Shown piece after piece: positions 16,631-20,075 of a stretch of DNA of 20,075 bases (positions are counted from its first letter, which is position 1; each line of letters opens with the position of its first letter). The stretch covers positions 1 through 20,075 of the forward strand of contig CBDURU010000063.1 of the NCBI GenBank assembly GCA_965369865.1, written 5' to 3'. A program made the translations under genes and the position numbers. This DNA comes from an uncultured bacterium. Its GTDB lineage: Bacteria; JAJVIF01; JAPKYR01. The notes beneath the pieces are model-generated. The model ran no database searches and had not been told where the DNA came from. It worked only from the letters and a program-made list of their open reading frames with translations.

Positions 16631-18139
16631 ATGAGACCGGACCGGAAATATTATTTTCAAATCGTTATTGTTTCTCTTCTGATAATTCTTGCGCTTTCAA
16701 TTTGGAAAGTGAAGTTGTTTACATCAATAACGAATGCTGGAAAATCACCTGATATGATAGCTACCTGGGGTGGAACTCGATGGAGCGGAGGTGCTGGCGG
16801 CAGAGCTCTTGATATTTCTATCGATGATAATGGGAATATATATGTGCTTGGAAGTTATAATGACACGGTGGATTTTGATCCTGGAGCAGGGATCGCGCGA
16901 GTGGAGTGCGAGCTGAACTCACTCCATATGAGCAAGCTAGACAGTGATGGTAATTTACAGTGGACGCAAGGGTGGAATAACTTGGAAACGATCTGGGATG
17001 AGATATATAAAATTGCTGTGATCCCGGGAAGCGGTGTGGTAATAGTCGGTACATTTATAGGTAATATCGATCTTGAGCCCGGCGATTGGTCAGTAGTGGG
17101 GCACTCAGATGAGGAAAGCGTAAATATCATCGTATTGAATGACAGAGGTGAATTTCAATGGGTTCGAACATGGGAAGCTGGTTCCCAGCCCGGACTCAAG
17201 TCAATCTGCGATGTGGTGGCGGATGAATCGGGCAATATTTATATAATAGGCAACTTCCAGGGGCAGTGCGATTTCGGTGACAGCAACGAGGCTCAAATAA
17301 CATCCAAAGCGAGGGATGGTTTCCTGGTAAAGTACAGATCAGATGGCAATCTTGAATGGGTACAGGTGCTTGGCGGGTCGGGGGACGATCGGATAATGGG
17401 GCTGGCTCTGGATCAGCAGAGAGGGTGGGTTTATGCAGGAGGACACCTGGATTTAACAACCAGTGGTCGTTCGGGCATTCGACCTGGTCTTAGCAGCATG
17501 ACTTTCAAGCCCGGCGAAATGCGGGGATATTTAGAGGAAGAAAATGAATATTCGTTTTTTTCAAAGTTTGACATGAACGGCGTGGCGCTTTGGACAGATT
17601 TGTGGGAAGGGGGAGGTGGGGGGAATGGAGTGTTATCGATCGCCTTGGATAAGTCAGGCAAAATATATACGTTAAGCAACACATTCTGCAGCGATCCTGA
17701 TGTAGACCCGGGAGCCGGCGTGCAGCGCGAGCAATGTCGCGGTGATGCAGGTTCAGTGCTGAGTCGGTTCAATGTCGATGGCGAACTGGAGTTGGCGAGT
17801 TGGTGGGGATGCCAAGCGCGTTTGATGCGGCGTCCCGTAAAAATTTTGGCGGACGAGTCGGAAAATGTGTACATTCTCGCTGATCTTACTCGCTTCAAGG
17901 ATGATCGGACCTCAGCGTGTGCAGAATACCGCATAGGTGTATTGAGTCCGGACGGCTCACAGGCCGAAATCCTGCAGCTTGAAGGTTATAAATGCAGCTC
18001 ATTGGCTCTCGATCCATCCGGAAGGATTTTAATCATCGGTAACAGGGCCGGATACATGACGCCAAGTCGGGGTGTCTCACGCATTATTCAATTACCTCAG
18101 GACCTATTGGATATCGTGCTTGTCAGGTTGGATAGGTAA
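16631..18139 (+). CDS. Membrane-anchored SBBP-type beta-propeller repeat protein
   Basis: N-terminal TM helix; repeats such as IDDNGNIYVLG...VDFDPGAG, SKLDSDGNLQW, ADESGNIYIIGNF, KYRSDGNLEWV. Start 16631 or 16604. Confidence 0.8.
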   Translation: MRPDRKYYFQIVIVSLLIILALSIWKVKLFTSITNAGKSPDMIATWGGTRWSGGAGGRALDISIDDNGNIYVLGSYNDTVDFDPGAGIARVECELNSLHMSKLDSDGNLQWTQGWNNLETIWDEIYKIAVIPGSGVVIVGTFIGNIDLEPGDWSVVGHSDEESVNIIVLNDRGEFQWVRTWEAGSQPGLKSICDVVADESGNIYIIGNFQGQCDFGDSNEAQITSKARDGFLVKYRSDGNLEWVQVLGGSGDDRIMGLALDQQRGWVYAGGHLDLTTSGRSGIRPGLSSMTFKPGEMRGYLEEENEYSFFSKFDMNGVALWTDLWEGGGGGNGVLSIALDKSGKIYTLSNTFCSDPDVDPGAGVQREQCRGDAGSVLSRFNVDGELELASWWGCQARLMRRPVKILADESENVYILADLTRFKDDRTSACAEYRIGVLSPDGSQAEILQLEGYKCSSLALDPSGRILIIGNRAGYMTPSRGVSRIIQLPQDLLDIVLVRLDR

Positions 18140-18287
18140 GACTTGTGGTGCCTGCATGAATTCTGTTTATCACTGCTTGCTTATGATAAAACCGGGTGTT
18201 ATCGTCGCTGGGTTTCAGCAGTGATTATGAAAATTCGTTCGTTCCAGTTCACTTTATTCTCCGAAGTGTAACGGTCACGATTTAATT

Positions 18288-18366
18288 AGTTTGTAGCCCG
18301 GTATCTCATTTGCCAGGAAACATTCATAATAGAATAATAAACCCGGCAAGTGAAATGCCGGGCGAC
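18288..18366. repeat. GTAG-family REP inverted doublet (REPIN-like), copy 2
   Basis: GTAGCCCGGTATCTCATTTGCC...CCCGGCAAGTGAAATGCCGGGCGAC; same orientation as copy 1. Confidence 0.85.
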
Positions 18367-18434
18367 GAGACTCTCAGATCGTTTTGCGCCTTATGTAACC
18401 AGGCTTTGACCTCAGCGGATTTCTCAGGATGCAT
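18324..18434 (-). pseudogene. Truncated HEPN-domain gene
   Basis: ATG at 18434 overlaps the MNT 3' end; reads MHPEKSAEVKAWLHKAQNDLR (typical HEPN first helix W..KA..DL), then runs into the REP at 18366 and stops at 18324. Confidence 0.75.
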
Positions 18435-18765
18435 ATAGAAGCCTCCCCTCGCGCTCGACGGTGGCGGGGAGTGAAGTTACAACCGACAGTTTGCTATGAA
18501 ATTCCTCCCTGGTCAGAACGATTACATCTTTGGGTGCGCCGACACCACAGAGAACGCGAAATGCCTTCTGTTCCCGCTTGTAACGGGGAATCTGAGATGT
18601 CGACACAACCATCAGGAGATCATAATCACTGTCGGGAGTGGCCTTACCACGCGCATGAGATCCAAATAAATAAATACATTCGGGGTCGAACGCGTCCACG
18701 AGTCGTTGGACCATTTCGACCAGAATTGGATTGCCCTGGAGTATGTCCGAATCCACAACCGTCAT
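18424..18765 (-). CDS. Minimal nucleotidyltransferase (MNT) domain protein
   Basis: IYLFGSHARG...DSDYDLLMV, DVIVLT, EGRLLY; start moved to ATG 18765 downstream of AAAGGA. Confidence 0.9.
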   Translation of the reverse strand: MTVVDSDILQGNPILVEMVQRLVDAFDPECIYLFGSHARGKATPDSDYDLLMVVSTSQIPRYKREQKAFRVLCGVGAPKDVIVLTREEFHSKLSVVTSLPATVEREGRLLYAS

Positions 18766-18833
18766 GGTGGGTCCTTTGCATGCGCTTAACAATGGTAACA
18801 TCCCTGGGTGTTACCGACAAGGCTGAGACTAAT

Positions 18834-19901
18834 TTACCCCAACCCCACCCAGCTTGAATCGCCGAGCATGAGGCGGGTGGCTTGTGGTTTTATATCACAT
18901 TTCTCGACTATCGCTTTTCTGCCGATCAAACTGTCGGTCAGCCGTCCCGGAATATCCCTGATAATCGATTCTTCAAGAATTATCGAATGCTCGAGTTCGC
19001 AATCCGATACATGGCACTTATCGGCGATTGACGTGTAGGGTCCGACAAAGGCATTTTCGATCACCGCGTTTCGTCCGATAATTACCGGGCCCCGGATGCT
19101 CGAATTTATCACGCGGGAATTCGGCCCGACAATTACCCGTCCCTCGATTTTGCTCGCCTCGTCTACCCGTCCTTCGATTTTCTTTTCGAGTGTGTCAAGG
19201 ACAAGGCGGTTGGCCTCGAGCATATCATCGAGTTTCCCAGTATCTTTCCACCAGCCCTCGACGATACTTGAATGCACATGGTGGCCGTCGTCCGATAACT
19301 GCTGGATGGCGTCGGTAATCTCAAGTTCGCCCCTGAAGCTGGGTTTTATCTTACGGGACGCTTCGAAAATTTTCTTATTGAACAGGTAAACACCGACCAG
19401 AGCGAGGTTACTTTTCGGTTCGGCGGGTTTCTCGACAAGCTTTTTGACAGAGCCATCGTCATTGAGTTCAGCGACCCCGAATTGCGATGGATTCGACACC
19501 GGAGTAAGGAGGATCATGCAGTCGGGTTTTATTTCGTTGAATTCATTAACGATGCTGGTAATTCCGTCGCGCAGGAGATTATCTCCAAGGTACATCGTGA
19601 ATTCGTCATCACCGATAAATTTCTCAGCAGTCAAAACAGCGTGTGCGAGTCCAAGCGGTTCCGCCTGGTGAATGTATTCGATATTGATACCCCACAAGCT
19701 TCCGTCGCCGACACGTTCCATTAATTCAGCACGGGTGTCGCCAACGATAATTCCGATCTCTGAGATTCCGGCATCGCGCATGAATTCGATACCGTAGAAG
19801 AGTATCGGCTTGTTCGCGACCGGGATAAGCTGCTTGGCCGATGTGTAGGTCAGGGGTCTGAGTCTTGTCCCTTTTCCGCCGGACAGAATTAATCCTTTCA
19901 T
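18834..19901 (-). CDS. rfbA: Glucose-1-phosphate thymidylyltransferase, long form
   Basis: GLILSGGKGTRLRPLTYTSAKQLIPVANKP, EPLGLAHAV, YLGDN, LVEKP, RGELEITDAIQ, WWKDTG, and a hexapeptide-repeat C-terminus; 355 aa. Confidence 0.93.
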   Translation of the reverse strand: MKGLILSGGKGTRLRPLTYTSAKQLIPVANKPILFYGIEFMRDAGISEIGIIVGDTRAELMERVGDGSLWGINIEYIHQAEPLGLAHAVLTAEKFIGDDEFTMYLGDNLLRDGITSIVNEFNEIKPDCMILLTPVSNPSQFGVAELNDDGSVKKLVEKPAEPKSNLALVGVYLFNKKIFEASRKIKPSFRGELEITDAIQQLSDDGHHVHSSIVEGWWKDTGKLDDMLEANRLVLDTLEKKIEGRVDEASKIEGRVIVGPNSRVINSSIRGPVIIGRNAVIENAFVGPYTSIADKCHVSDCELEHSIILEESIIRDIPGRLTDSLIGRKAIVEKCDIKPQATRLMLGDSSWVGLG

Positions 19902-20075
19902 TAAAATGCCACCTTGAAGATATTATCGGATACTGATGATATTTCTCACGTTTTAACCAGTGAAGTATAGAGGTACGGGTTCGTATGAGTCAACTATAGC
20001 GGAGGTTATGGGATTACTCTAGTCTAAAATAAATGGGGATAAAATGGGGATTCATAACAGTACCGCGAACGTTAG

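Noticed and set aside
13313..18366. Integron attC sites for the repeat-flanked genes
   Set aside because: No RYYYAAC/GTTRRRY ends on either repeat family and no integrase in the window.

Overview
Bacterial window, probably from a diderm (it encodes a secretin and several lipoproteins), made of housekeeping and cell-surface genes with an accessory zone from ~11.3 to 18.8 kb. Left to right: a minus-strand cluster (a PKD/beta-propeller lipoprotein running off the left edge and missed by the ORF track, an Ig-like repeat lipoprotein, and a lone secretin with a LysM-like tail), a histidine phosphatase, a lipoprotein serpin, a decayed RAYT-like transposase fragment, TauE plus an Rrf2 regulator with two matching operator-like sites, P5C dehydrogenase, an AT-rich HTH-ImmA/IrrE + PIN module, a repeat-flanked hypothetical lipoprotein, a 1.6 kb non-coding stretch, a nitroreductase, a REP-doublet-flanked beta-propeller gene, an MNT gene whose HEPN partner is cut off at a REP element, and long-form RmlA. 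The most striking element is in the non-coding stretch: a promoter-to-terminator unit of ~830 nt built from six ~103-nt tandem modules with covarying stems, conserved GNRA tetraloops and tandem G-A pairs, followed by a second ~170-nt hairpin-rich unit with a similar promoter and terminator. I do not recognise either RNA as a known family. All calls are by eye, without database searches.
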